From: Octopus sinensis
Taxonomy: Eukaryota
Direction of reading: 5' to 3'
Assembly (NCBI RefSeq): GCF_006345805.1
Contig: NC_043006.1
Coordinates: 48,546,001 to 48,610,000 of the forward strand
DNA length: 64,000 nt
Below the pieces are notes generated by a model. That model saw only the letters and a list, made by a program, of their open reading frames with translations. It did no database searches and was not told the origin of the DNA. Both the position numbers and the translations under genes were made by a program. Each line of letters starts with the position of its first letter. The stretch's first letter is position 1. Shown here piece by piece: positions 1-12,100 of this stretch.

Positions 1-2426
1 TTCTAAAACGTCCGCGGTGCATAGTCTCAAGACAATTACCGTACTGTTTCTTAAAAGCAAGAACACAATGTTGGAAAAACATAATCTGTCGGTTTGCACA
101 TTAAGGGCTGACCTGAGTATATAAACAACAACAACGCTAGTATTACTGTTGTTTCTACTATCTAGCTGTATCTATGTTTCAGTGTAGATATACGACGAAC
201 CATCTGCAACTTGATTTGATAATCCGATACCCCTAACAAAACATGTGCAGAACTGGAAACATGATAGTGTGAAGTGTAGGTCCTTATTCAGTCCGTTAAG
301 TGTTTTAGTAATCAGTGGTGATGCATGTATTATTTATGCGGAAGTTGCGTACATGATAAAACTGCCATGTTGTTACATGACAGTTTAAACAGCTTAAAAA
401 TTTCGGACGATTTATGATAAAGAGTAATTCTTTACCAAAGAGTCGGACCTCCCTTTGCCTGCCTCTAATTGAAAGAGTAGACTGTTTCAAAATTGTTGGC
501 CCGTGATAATTGTTCCACTTGTTTCTTACCGCCTTTGCTGTGGCCTGTTGTCACGATTGTGCAATATGAGTATAAGCGTCCAGTAGAAAGGATATCATCA
601 TATATGCTGCTGTGATTGCGCTCCTGCTGAAACGCACACACACGTCTCTCTCTCTCTCTCTTCACACACTCACAGATTCTCTATACATACAGTAGAATAC
701 GCGGTATTCGTATAAAATAGAGCCGGAAATTATCAAGTGTACCAAAACCGTAATTTTTTCGAAGTTGTAGATTACAAATCTGAAAATAAAAATTGAGGCA
801 GTTGTCCATCATCCTTGTTTTCTATAAAATTTCGTAAACGTTGGGTAGGGAATCTCCCGTTCCCCGCTTCATAATCTACGATACTTAAAGCATGTAGATC
901 CAAAGGAATAAGTTTTAGAAGGTAATTCCCGACTCTATTGTCTACTGAAAACGCTCTCTTCCGCACATTAGCACAAAAAAGTCTGGCCGTGCTTAAACTT
1001 TTTTTATGACATAGATGAGGAAAAACTATGCCCCATAACACTTTCCAAGGTCTTTGTGACTCGTAGAATGAAGTAAGGAGTGGAAGTTTGACCCTCAATG
1101 CGTATTTTCAGCCAAATGGACTCCATTAAAACACACTTTGGTAGAAAATTTACCTTTTATCACAAAGGGCTTGGATGGTGGTGGTTGATCAGACGACAGA
1201 TGAAGGCCGGTGCTCATCGCACGCGCTTTCACACATGCGATGAGCTATACACCGCACGTTAAGATATGCCTTTGTATTGTTGTTTAGCCCCGGGTCAGTC
1301 CTGAGAGTGTAGACTTGTCATCAAAGAGATTTCGGCTATGACCATAACGCCTTTCCCTTTTGTACAGAACCACATTGTCCGTGTAAAATGTGTGACTCGA
1401 GGGAAATTTGGCTTCTATTTCCAGCAGGGTCAACGATTATGTACCTACTTCCTAGTTGGCTCAATGTGTATGCGTGCAGGTGTAAAGGCATATACATACA
1501 TAGATACAGGCACGTCATGCATTGTGCATGGAAATGCTTCTTCACGTGTTCCGCTAACTGAACACCATCACTTCTATCTATCTATCTATCTATCTCTACA
1601 CATACGCGCGCGCATATCCAAATATGGGCTGTTGTTGGTCGGTCCTAAAGGAGCAGACGTTTGTGCAAGCGTAGAAAAAAAGAAGATCGTTTCTTCGATG
1701 GATGATAAATGATTTGTTTATTTCTTTAAAACTAAAGCGTTGTCCCAACAATCTATTGCTTCCTTCTTTCTTTCCATTACAATTTCGACAATGCATTTCC
1801 CATGCCTTACACACAAAACAATGGCCTATTTGATATTTATCACTCTTTTCGATGTGTATGTATGTATGTACCGTCCTTTCTAGTCTATTCCGCTGATAAG
1901 TATCCATTTCTTTCTCACACACACACACATATATATTTTTAATCTACCAGTTTCATTCGTTGGACTGCGAGCGACTTTGTTGGGACACCGCCTCGAAGGA
2001 TTTTAGTCGGGACGTGAACAAATCAACACAGGTCGTCAAGCGGTGGCCCGATGTGAGGAAGGTGGGGGGGGGGCAAATACAGATACTAAGACGCGTGTGC
2101 TCACACAAACACACACACACACACGTATACTTATACTATACGACGGCCCAAGGTGTCGCGCAGTGAGTGACACTAAATCAGAAACCACGTGGTTGCAAAG
2201 CGGAAACCACACACACATACACACAGTAACTAGCAACGACCGAGTTGTCTGCACTAAAATAAGACGATAAGAATTAACTTCTAAATCTTTTTTTTATCCA
2301 TCATTATTGACCTTTCATCTCTTTGATAACATTCTATAGTTGGATAACTACTACTATTATTACTACTACTACGACGACGTAATTTCTGTTATATAGTGTT
2401 ACTTGCAGCTGTGCAATTAATTTTTT

Positions 2427-2842
2427 GGATCTTTTCGGTTTGAACGGCAGTTTTTTTCTAGCGGTGTCATATGAAATTGTCACCCATAATTATGACCCTA
2501 GTATCGATCTATTGCATTCCAGTCTGTTTTAGGGTTAGGGGTGGAGGGAAGGGTATCTTTTTTTCTTCAGAAATGTAAATAAACCCAATCTGTTTCTTAA
2601 ACGAGGGACATATTCATACGACACAGAATGTTTTCACCCCAAATGGACGTCATTGATTGGTTGAAATTGCAGAAATTGAAGAAAAAAACAACAACAAATA
2701 TCTTACAAACTATAGAATTTTCTCAAGGAAGCCAAGAGAAAAAGATGTTTTATAAACACATTCTACCAGTATACGAAGTTTAAAAGTTGTTTAGTTACGT
2801 GGAAATTATTTTAAAAAACTGCCGTTCAAACCGAAAAGAGCC
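2427..2842. mobile_element. 416-bp MITE (non-autonomous DNA transposon), ~30-bp TIRs, 8-bp TSD
   Basis: Left end GGATCTTTTCGGTTTGAACGGCAGTTTTTT matches the reverse complement of the right end (AAAAAACTGCCGTTCAAACCGAAAAGAGCC) with 1 mismatch. Direct repeat AATTTTTT flanks both sides (2419-2426, 2843-2850). No ORF. Confidence 0.85.
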
Positions 2843-3164
2843 AATTTTTTTTTATTTTGTTTCGTTTTCCGATATATTTCTGTTCATCCGTTTGATGGTA
2901 TTTTTTCCTTTGTTTACGGAATATCTGAAGATTCCCATACCAAAATGAAACCATTGGTCACCGTGAAGTATCAAAGCCAGCATTTCTTCGATATTGGTCT
3001 ACATAGTATCGATATGAGGAGACGACATCATTCGCCCTCTTTTTTTGCCCCCAACCCCTTTTTAAATCTATCATTAGGAAAAGTTGTGTGAGTGAATGAC
3101 GTCATGCACCAATACCGAAGGATTGCAGTCAAATATTTTCTAGTTCCAGTTGGGTTAATAGGCA

Positions 3165-3930
3165 CAGAATCGGTTGTGTGGTTAAGAAGGTCGCTTTACA
3201 ACCATGTGGTTTTGGGTTCAGTCCCACCGTACAGCGCAGCACCTTGAGCAAGTTTGTTTACTATATCGAATGGAAGCACTCCGTCGGTTACGACGACGAG
3301 GGTTCCGGTTGATCCGAATCAACGGAACAGCCTGCTCGTGAAATTAACGTGTAAGTGGCTGAGCACTCCACAGACACGTGTACCCTTAACGTAGTTCTCG
3401 GGAATATTCAGCATGACACAGAGAGTGACAAGGCCGGCCCTTTGAAATACAGGTACAACAGAAACAGGAAGTAAAAGTGAGAGAAAGTTGTGGTGAAAGA
3501 GTACAGCAGGGATCACCACCATCCCCTGCCGGAGCCGCGTGGAGCCTTAGGTGTTTTCGCTCAATAAACACTCACAACGCCCTGTCTGGGAATCGAAACC
3601 ACGATCCTATGACCGCGAGTCCGCTGCCCTAACCACTGGGCCATTGCGCCTCCGTTTACTATATATCTTCTAGTTAACCAACGCCTTGACAGTGGATTTG
3701 GTGGACGGAATCTGTAGAAGCCCATTGTATGTACCCGCACGCGTTTGTGTTTGCCCCCTCCACATGGCTTGACAACCGGTGCTGGTTTATTTACGTCTCC
3801 GTAACGTAAGCTGTTCGGTGCAAAAGGGTGCGATAGAATAAGTAGTGGAGAATATTCAGCTAAACTCTTCGAGGTGGTGCCCCAGTATGGCCCGCACTCC
3901 AGTAACTAAAAAACTAATAAATAAGTGTAT
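3165..3930 (+). mobile_element. Degenerate copy of the dominant tRNA-derived SINE (family A), interrupted by a younger SINE
   Basis: Head GGTTCAGTCCCAC..GCACCTTGAGCAAG and body GTGGATTTGGTGGACGGAA..GATAGAATAAGTA match the other family A copies. Split at 3267-3653. Confidence 0.75.
3267..3653 (-). mobile_element. Full-length tRNA-derived SINE (family D)
   Basis: Minus-strand head GGAGGCGCAATGGCCCAGTGGTTAGGGCAGCGGACTCGCGGTCATAGGATCGTGGTTTCGATTCCC has A/B-box-like motifs. 11-bp TSD GTTTACTATAT at 3256-3266 and 3654-3664. Head shared with 61119-61430. Confidence 0.9.
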
Positions 3931-4094
3931 TGCTCTTCCTTTCTTAATAGTACTTAGTACATCCAAATCTCTCTCTTTCTCTCTCTCACTCTGCCTTCTG
4001 TATGAGCATATACGCACGCACACACTCACATGATCCCAGAGCATGGAATTTGAGAAGCGGCCAAGTCGTCAACGTAAACTGTATTACTTTTTCA

Positions 4095-4640
4095 CTCTTT
4101 TACACGTTTCAGTCATTTGACTGTGGCCATGCTGGAGCACCGCCTTCAGTCGAACAAATCAACCCCAGGACTTGTCCTTTGTAAGCCTAGTACTTATTCT
4201 ATCGGTATCATTGCCGAACCGCTATATCAAGCGGTGGTGGTGGTGGGGGGACAAACACACACACACATATATATATATACTCTTTTTTCTCTCTTTTACT
4301 TGTTTCAGTCATTTGACTGCGGCCATGCTGGAGCACTGCCTTTAGTCGAGCAAATCGACCCCGGAACTTATTCTTTGTAAGCCCAGTACTTATTCTATCG
4401 GTCTCTTATGCCGAACCGCTAAGTGACGGGGACGTATATATATATATATTATAATATATATATATATATATATATACACACGACAGATTTCTTTCAGTTT
4501 CCGTCTACCAAATCTACTCACAAGGCTTTGGTCGGTCCGAGGCTATGGCAGAAGATACTTGCCCAAGGTACCACGCTATGGGACTGAACCCAGGACATGT
4601 GATTGGGAAGCAAGCTTCTTACCACATAGCCACGTACATA
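4095..4640 (-). mobile_element. Family A SINE, one partial plus one near-complete copy
   Basis: The motif GTTTCAGTCATTTGACTG(T/C)GGCCATGCTGGAGCAC occurs twice. An internal (TA)n is followed by the reverse-complemented head. Confidence 0.85.
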
Positions 4641-5583
4641 TATATTGAGTACCGTCTTGCGATTTGTGTGTGTGTGTGTGTGTGTGTGTTAATATTTGTT
4701 ATTATTCTATTACATCCATTACTCGAGAACAAAGGAATTGGGATCAGGTTTCTTTTTCAATGACTGTTGGAGTTTGAGTGTATGCCGATACACACGTACA
4801 CACGTGTGCGCATGCGCATAATCTCCGTCGATTTCTCTCACTTTCTTTGTTTCTGTATATTTTTCATTTTAATAGTCGTCAAACGTAATCATTTCCTGTA
4901 TGAAATAATACTGGGACCACCACATTGAATAGCTTATTTCCGGCTCATAAAATCAAATTGAAATGTTTAACGCTAATGAAAAAAATACTTCCTACAAAAC
5001 TGGTTTTCGGGAAGTAGGTTTTTGGATCCTTCTGAAGGAGTCAAGATGCAGCCAAAACTGGACCTATTGATGGCTAGAAGTAGGGAGCTATGCTTCTCAA
5101 TTCTTCTCAACCTTTTAGACTTCACGGCAACATGATCGTAGACATTCCAGTCGTGACTACCACGTTTTGTTTACAGAGATAAAGTATCTAAGACGAAATC
5201 GCCAATGTGTCCCTAATACGATTAATTGCATTTGGAGGGATATTTAACTGTCGTTTTGAGCAGGGTCAATGACCTCATACAGGTCACATCATTGGATGGA
5301 GAGGTTACATTTTGCGAATAGCTAGTGTGTGTGCTGCCCAATGTAGCCCTCGAGTCCCCTCTTATCAGTGTCCTGATATTAAAAACACTTGTTTCAATAC
5401 AGCTTATATACTCTTATACGACTGACCCATAAGTGCCTCCCAACACATATAAGCATTACTTAGGGTGAACCTATTCCTCCATTTCTGCACCATACTACGC
5501 TACTGTTCACGGTGTCAATATAACTCTTGAGAGCCCACGCAAGCAAAATAATAACTGTAGTATATTAAGAGTCCATGAAAGGT

Positions 5584-5700
5584 GGAGGCGCGTGGCTTAG
5601 TGGTTAGAGTGACAGCATTATGATCGTAAGATTGTGGTTTCGATTCCTGGACCGGGCGACGCGTTATGTTCTTGAGCAAAACACTTCGTTTCATGTTGCT
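5584..5700 (+). mobile_element. 5' tRNA-like head of a SINE (truncated)
   Basis: GGAGGCGCGTGGCTTAGTGGTTAG...GGTTTCGATTCCTGGACCGGGCG followed by TTCTTGAGCAAAACACTTC; related to 39640-39955. Confidence 0.7.
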
Positions 5701-5719
5701 CAAAAAAAAAAAAAAAAAA

Positions 5720-6008
5720 GTCGGCGAGCTGGCAGAAACGTTAGCATGCCGGGCGAAATGTCTAGCGGTATTTCGTCTGTCTTTATGTTCTGAGTTCAAA
5801 TTCCGCCGGGGTCGATAAATAAGTACCAGTTACGCACTGGGGTTGATACAATCGACTTAATCTGTTTGTTTGTCCTCTCTGTGTTTAGCCCTTTGTGGGT
5901 AGTAAAGAAATAGGTATTTCGTCTGCCGTTACGTTCTGAGTTCAAATCCGCCGAGGGCAACTTTGTCTTTCATCCTTTCGAGGTCGATTAAATAAGTAAA
6001 GAAATAAG
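5720..6008 (+). mobile_element. SINE family B with partial second body unit
   Basis: GGCGAGCTGGCAGAAACGTTAGCATGCCGGGCGAAATG..GAGTTCAAATTCCGCC head. The body restarts at TAGGTATTTCGTCTG (~5911). Confidence 0.85.
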
Positions 6009-6320
6009 AGTCCATGAAAAGATTTTTTGCTTTAAGCGTGTTTATTTGCAGCAAACTGCAAGATTTCTTTCTCTAATGTTTTACATATTTCAACCTACAC
6101 GGGTTAATGTGCGAAAAACAAAATGGGAGTTTTGGAAGAAGTTTCCATAAAACTAGTTTTTTAAACATCGAATGACTATGGGAATCCACCAGAGTGAAAT
6201 AGTAATCGAGGGTTCCATAGGTAAGAAATGGTTGAGAGCCACTGGTGTAGAATAAAGTTCACAGCTGATATAGAAGCTAGTTAGGCAGAGTTTGTAAACG
6301 GGGTTACGGATATTGACACT

Positions 6321-6384
6321 GCGGTCCCCTATCTACGTACTAACTAGGCTCGACGTTACTTCGGTGATCGAACGAGAACCGGTG
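6321..6384 (-). pseudogene. 5S rRNA-derived fragment (internal ~64 nt, truncated at both ends)
   Basis: Minus strand CACCGGTTCTCGTTCGATCACCGAAGT-----AACGTCGAGCCTAGTTAGTACGTAGATAGGGGACCGC aligns by eye to invertebrate 5S as recalled (CACCGGTTCTCGTCCGATCACCGAAGTTAAGCAACGTCGAGCCCGGTTAGTACTTGGATGGGTGACCGC), with a 5-nt deletion in box A. Confidence 0.85.
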
Positions 6385-7844
6385 AGATAGACATGTGCGA
6401 AGTAGTAAGAGACAAAGTGTACACGGGGCAGTTTTTGCCTTAGCGAGGGGTAGTTTTCACTTAAATGTCCTCAACCAATACTCGTATATAAAATATGAAG
6501 TTTGAGAGGCAACGGCCGACGTCTGTAAAAGATGAAAGAATAAACGAAAAGAGTTAATCACACACACACCTTAATGCATACGAGTGGATATACAAATGAA
6601 TATTCCAGCAAAAGAAACGAACACACGCACACATGCTGCAGGCAGTCTGACAAAAGATGCGCGCGGACACACACACATGGAGGGCAGAGGGAATTATGTG
6701 CGTTACATGGGGAAGAAATCAGCTGAGATTGATGCCTTACATGTACCCAGCTTCCAAACGCAGAGCTCGCAGGTTCGAATCCCATCGGAGTGGATTTTGC
6801 GTTTCATTTTTGCCTGCTTTGGTAAAAATGAATTTTGTAATCAAGTACTAAGGTCGATTAAACTAATTACAAACATCTCCCAAAATATTGTATCTAAAGC
6901 TAGAAAAGGTTGTTCTTGCTGTTTAGCTCCCAACCGTAGCCATCTCGTCTATTTGCTACGGGAAGAAAAAAAAACAAGACCATTCTGGCCAACGTGTCCT
7001 TTTCTTAGAACTGTGGGTGAGATTTGGTTACTGTTTGTAGCAGGTGGAGCGAGAGCTTCCCTTGGGGTAGTGTATTATATATATGTATGTGTAAGAGCTT
7101 ATATGATTGTGTGCCTTTCATTTACTATACTTTGTGGACTTGTTCTATCTTCCTCTTTCTCTCTCACACTAGACTATTTTACATGTTTCAATCGTTTCTC
7201 TGTCCACGTTCCCGCCTATTTATTTACACCAGTTACGCATCAGTTTATTCAACATGCACACACCTCATCCAATCTCTTGCACTCGTAAAAAAAAAAACCT
7301 CGAACAGGAAGCGATTTCTTTAAACCAGCTAAAACAAAAAAAGCTTCGTGGTAGAACGGTAGAACACGGATTTCTGCGATACCTCTTTCCACACCTCTAC
7401 CTTTTGTGGAAAGCAATTAACGTGTGCTATTGTTCTGTGTATTGATTGATCAGTCAACATTTCAGGTGTGTTTGTGTATACACACACACATACACACACG
7501 GTAACGGACATGCGAAAAAGTACTCAAGACTGGAGGTGAAGTGTAAATAATTTAGTTCGGTCAAAACCAAACTGTAAACATTGTTCCGTCTGTTTCTCTC
7601 TAAGCATCCAGATTGATTTATATTTTGATTATGTCCGATCAAAACGCGTAACTGACGGAATAGATGTTGCAGAGTGTGTGCAGAAGTAGTTTTAGTCGAT
7701 ATGTGTGTGTGGTTGTTTGTTTATGCATGTTTATGTATACATATAAATGTATGGATGAATAGTTAAATGTGTGCTTGTTATGCGTATGTATATTATATGC
7801 ACGAATATATATGTGTGTGTGGTCCGCGTTGAAATTTGGATCTA

Positions 7845-8048
7845 CGGTAATTTCGACTATCGCGAGTGTTACGTTCCAAAACCCCCGCGATAGGTGAAAA
7901 TCCGCGAAGTAGAAACAGTAGTGTACTGTACTCTTTTTTATATTTTTATAATTTGTATATATTTATTATATTATAAATGCAAAACAACACCACGGAGGAA
8001 TCGACGTAAGCTTGAGTGATAAACCGCGATATGGCGAGGGATTATTTG
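7845..8048. mobile_element. Tigger/pogo-like MITE (Tc1/mariner superfamily), degenerate
   Basis: TA at 7843-7844 and 8049-8050. Left CGGTAATTTCGACTATCGCG loosely matches the reverse complement of right CCGCGATATGGCGAGGGATTATTTG. Confidence 0.55.
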
Positions 8049-9126
8049 TATTCGCTAGTTCTAATTGCTAATTGAAGCTTCCTGTAATAGAAATTTCGCC
8101 CCGGGGCTCAGAGGCATTTCAGGTACGACTACCCACTCATATTTAGACCAGGTATGAGGCGCATTTTTAGCTCCAGGGTGAAATAAGACTGTATAAGAAC
8201 CTGCGGAACACACTAGAAAAAATAACGAACCTTTAATCCTATGAATTCATAAATGTGAAACAGGGGGAGTCTCATATCGCTCATTTAGACAATAGGATGT
8301 GATTTGAGGTCGATCTGGTTTCGGTTTCTAACGGGTAATGTGGCCACTTGTAAGTTCCCTTGTCTGCTCGTGGAAATTGTTTGTTTAGCTCCAAAGTCAA
8401 CCTTTAATCAAAAATATAATCAAAGTCGCTTCAGCCATGACAACCCCATATTTTAGTTATACAATACATACTTTACCAAATATGGTTTTTCTTTCTTTTT
8501 TTTTCTTTTTTTAATTTGAAAGATTTATTTGCTGCTATTTCTAGCAAATCAAGTAGCTACGAAGAGACTTCCCGATCAGTAGGATCCCGGAAATGTTTTG
8601 TTTCCATATATTAGTAACAATAGTTTCTCTTCTATTTTGTGTGAATAACATACAAGAAGTTTTTGATAAAATAGCGATCGAACGAGCTAAGCCACTATTT
8701 GTATCGATATTTTGTGTAAATCATGAGAGAGAAAGAAAAAAGCAGTTTTTCGAAGCCAAAATTTGTATTTGCCGCCAAAATTGTCAACGAGGTTTTGTGT
8801 TGATGGTATTTTTTTTAATACTATTAACAAGCTAAAACCTTCGTGGTTAAGCTAAGCTATCACTTGTATTTTGATTGCTGTACGTAGCCCCGGTCAGTGT
8901 GAACTGTCAGTTGTCGGCTTTTTCATGATGAAAAAAGCCGACGAATGGTTTAGGGTGGCGATGGTGTTTGACTGTTAATTCTAGCAGATTTAGCAACCGC
9001 CTAGAGAGAGGGACTCGCTCGTTCGTGGCTCGTTTGGTGTATGGCTTTAGATTAGGGAGAGATGAGATGTGTTTGAAGTGATAGTTTATGGGTGAAAATA
9101 ATAACCCCTTTACAACCGATTCGCTT

Positions 9127-9130
<4 letters not shown>

Positions 9131-9176
<46 letters not shown>
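9131..9176. repeat. (CT)n microsatellite
   Basis: Pure TC dinucleotide run; representative of many (CT)n, (CA)n and (TA)n tracts in the window. Confidence 0.95.
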
Positions 9177-9179
<3 letters not shown>

Positions 9180-12100
9180 TTCATTCTCTCGCCTGCCGTG
9201 TGAACAGACGATTTATGCCTCTTCTCAATTCTGAATCCAACTACATCCACACACTATAATAAAATACGCAGTTTCTCTTGACCTGTATGATCTGTCTGTC
9301 TACCCAAATCACAAGCTTCATTCAGTGCGTCCACCATGTATTGTTTTGGTCTATCTAATTAGGAATCTGTGTCCAGTGTGTATGCAGATGTCCAGTAATT
9401 ATTTTCCCTTTAACACAACTTCACAAGCAAGGATCACGTGTAGTTCCTTTGTCCATTCTCCTCGCTCTTTTCTTCATCCAATGTTTGTTCTTCTACATTC
9501 CTCGTGTCGTTTGTCTTCGAACAAAATCGAAGTGGTCGAATGATTAAGGTGTATTGGACTACAACAGGCTCGCAAGTTCATGAATTCAAAACCACCACAG
9601 GCGTTCCGTTATGTTCCCGGACAACACACGCCATAAATAGACACCAGATCTTCTGGGAATGTTACCAGCGATAGTCAGGCGTCCCTTCCAAAGGCACTTT
9701 AACTCTCTTGTGTTTAACGCCATGGAATCAGAACTAAGCACAAGGTTTTAGAAAGCATTGATGTTTTTTTCTTTTTCTTTTCTTTTTGCTGTTTTTACTT
9801 CGCTAATCGTAATTACTGGTTTAAGTTACTTAACTGCTCATGTTGATGTCTTTCATGTAAGATCTTTGACATTCGTATATATCTTTGTTTGTTTTGTTTT
9901 TCCTTCTCAACACGTCTGTGAATGTCATCTGGTACGCAGATGGTAAATTCTCTAATCTGTTTGGAAAGTCGTGAAAGTCACATCTTCACATCTCTCATTG
10001 AAAAATCTTCACTTAAAGGCCAATAGAAATAATCACCCTATTGATAACACAAGCTTTGATTCACAAATTAAATCAGCTCTATTTCATTTATGTCTTTAAA
10101 TTAAATATATCTTTCCTCTTATCTGCGTTTACATACACGCAGTATAATGGAAGACGTATATATATATATCCAAACACACTTTTAAGCCTTTGGTTACGGG
10201 AACATTTTACTACTAGCCATTTTTCTAATAAATAAATTCAACTGAGTAGTTCTATGAACATCCTGCGCTTTTTTTTTTTCTGACCCCGTGTATCCACATT
10301 ATCCAATGTAATTTTAGATACCTTTTTTAGGTGTAGGGTTTGATTTAAGAACAATTTTAATTGCTCAGGACGAGAAGGAAAGAACAATTCCCAAACTTTG
10401 AACGTAATACACAAGCCTTAAACTGTTTTACATACACGCTTAAGTAGTAGTGGTGATGGTGGTGGTGGTGGTTGCTGCAGCTGTGTGCGTGCGCGCAGTC
10501 TGTTTGTGTGAGGGAAAAGGAGAGAGAGAGAGAAAGAGGTAGGGTTGAGAGGTGTGGGAGTGTGGACGAATGCCACGAGAGAACAAGAAATAGAGAGAGA
10601 GAGAGAGAGAGAATGAGCTGAGGCTTAAACACCCGAAAGTAATGAAATTTAGCTCCACCAAACGATTCGGGTTTCTTGTTTCTGTAACCGAAGCTGGCCA
10701 TTTCTATTCTGTACCATTGCGTCTCTTTGTAAAATAACTTCTTATGTTTCGCTGGTCAAATAACTTTACGCTGGTCTGGTCACCTTCCTCTCTCTCTCTC
10801 CTCTCTCTCTCTCTCCCTCCCTCTCTGCATACACCTAACTTTCTCACTCGTTGTTTAGCTTATTTTGAAGAGAAGCAGATACACTCTCCTTCTTTTCTCT
10901 TTCTCCTCCACTCTCTCTCTCTGCATTCTCCTACAACTCTTGCTCTTTTGACATTTCGTTTGCACACTTTCTTCGTCAACCCCTTTCGTTCATTCATTCC
11001 CTAATACCCTAAAGTAGGTATTATAGTGCTAAACGTGGGTTTTGCGGCAATGCTTCTCAACCTTTTAGACTTCACGGCGCTCTGAAGATATGAAAACAAA
11101 ATATATATTTGTGTACTTCGCATGAAAAACATAAAAATTGAAGTTAAGACTTTAGAAGAAAAAAAAAATAGAGAGAAAATTATTGCTTGCCTCGTTTTAT
11201 TATTTATAACACATTTTTCGAAATATTAAGGCATTAAGTATAGATTTTCTAAAGCCTTAAATTATTTTTTTAAAACTCGACAGTGCACCAATGCTCTTTC
11301 TGTTTGAGATCCGCTAATGTACTGTGTCAAATACTTCCAAAATAGGTTGTTTTATGACTTCGAGAACAAGCTAAGCGGCGGAGGGGTAAGCAAGCTTCAC
11401 TGATCACTACTGATGTGTTCGGACATCTTCATGGGTCAAAACCGAAATGATTGTAGGCTAATTTTGTATGTTGTATTTTAAATATCAATTTGGTTTGACT
11501 CAGTGAAACCTAACTCGTCAAGTTTAGGCGACCGAATGAAGAGATGAAGGAAGTTCAAATGGTTGCTCGAGGTCATGCTACTATTGGTCAAAATAGGTCA
11601 CATGGTGGTGTTAGTTTTGGTATTCAAATACCAGTGACATCCAATGCATGTATGCATATATATATGCGTGTACGCTTATGTGGTAGAAGTGGGCTTAGTC
11701 CATGATTGGTCGTACTTGTTCCAGGACGAACCAGCTTACCAAGCGAAGAATTACTCGTTCCGAACGAATATCAAGATACTCTGCGTTGAAAGCCCCCTAA
11801 ACTAATTTTACTCCTCTTTCTCCCTTTGTTTTCAGTCTATTGTACGTGTTTATAAGAGATGTTGATCTCAAGACAAACACCACAGTTAATGCGGATTTCG
11901 TGATTTATATGCTTTAAGTATCATACACAGATTAATGTTTTAGACTAATATTGCTTCTGTTGCTCTTAAGGAACTTTCATTCAGCTCACCGGCTATCTGC
12001 GACACATGTAATTTTTCAGTCGCTGTTTTCTTGTCTCGGTGACGATGGATTTTGTCAATGCATGCGTTTCCTCTGGGTACTTGCTACATACGAAGCTCAA

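Noticed and set aside
555-640. SRSAITAAYMM resembling a dual-specificity phosphatase motif
   Set aside because: There is no HCxxG catalytic motif, the spacing is off by one, and a stop follows shortly.
3575-3653. tRNA gene calls for SINE heads (also 5584, ~6750, 61131)
   Set aside because: A/B-box-like motifs are present, but there is no convincing acceptor stem or cloverleaf and they continue into repeat bodies.
6584-7288. Longest ORF in the track (234 aa, +)
   Set aside because: It runs through (CA)-rich, tRNA-like and SINE-like fragments and AT-rich DNA, with no recognisable domain. Most likely a chance frame.
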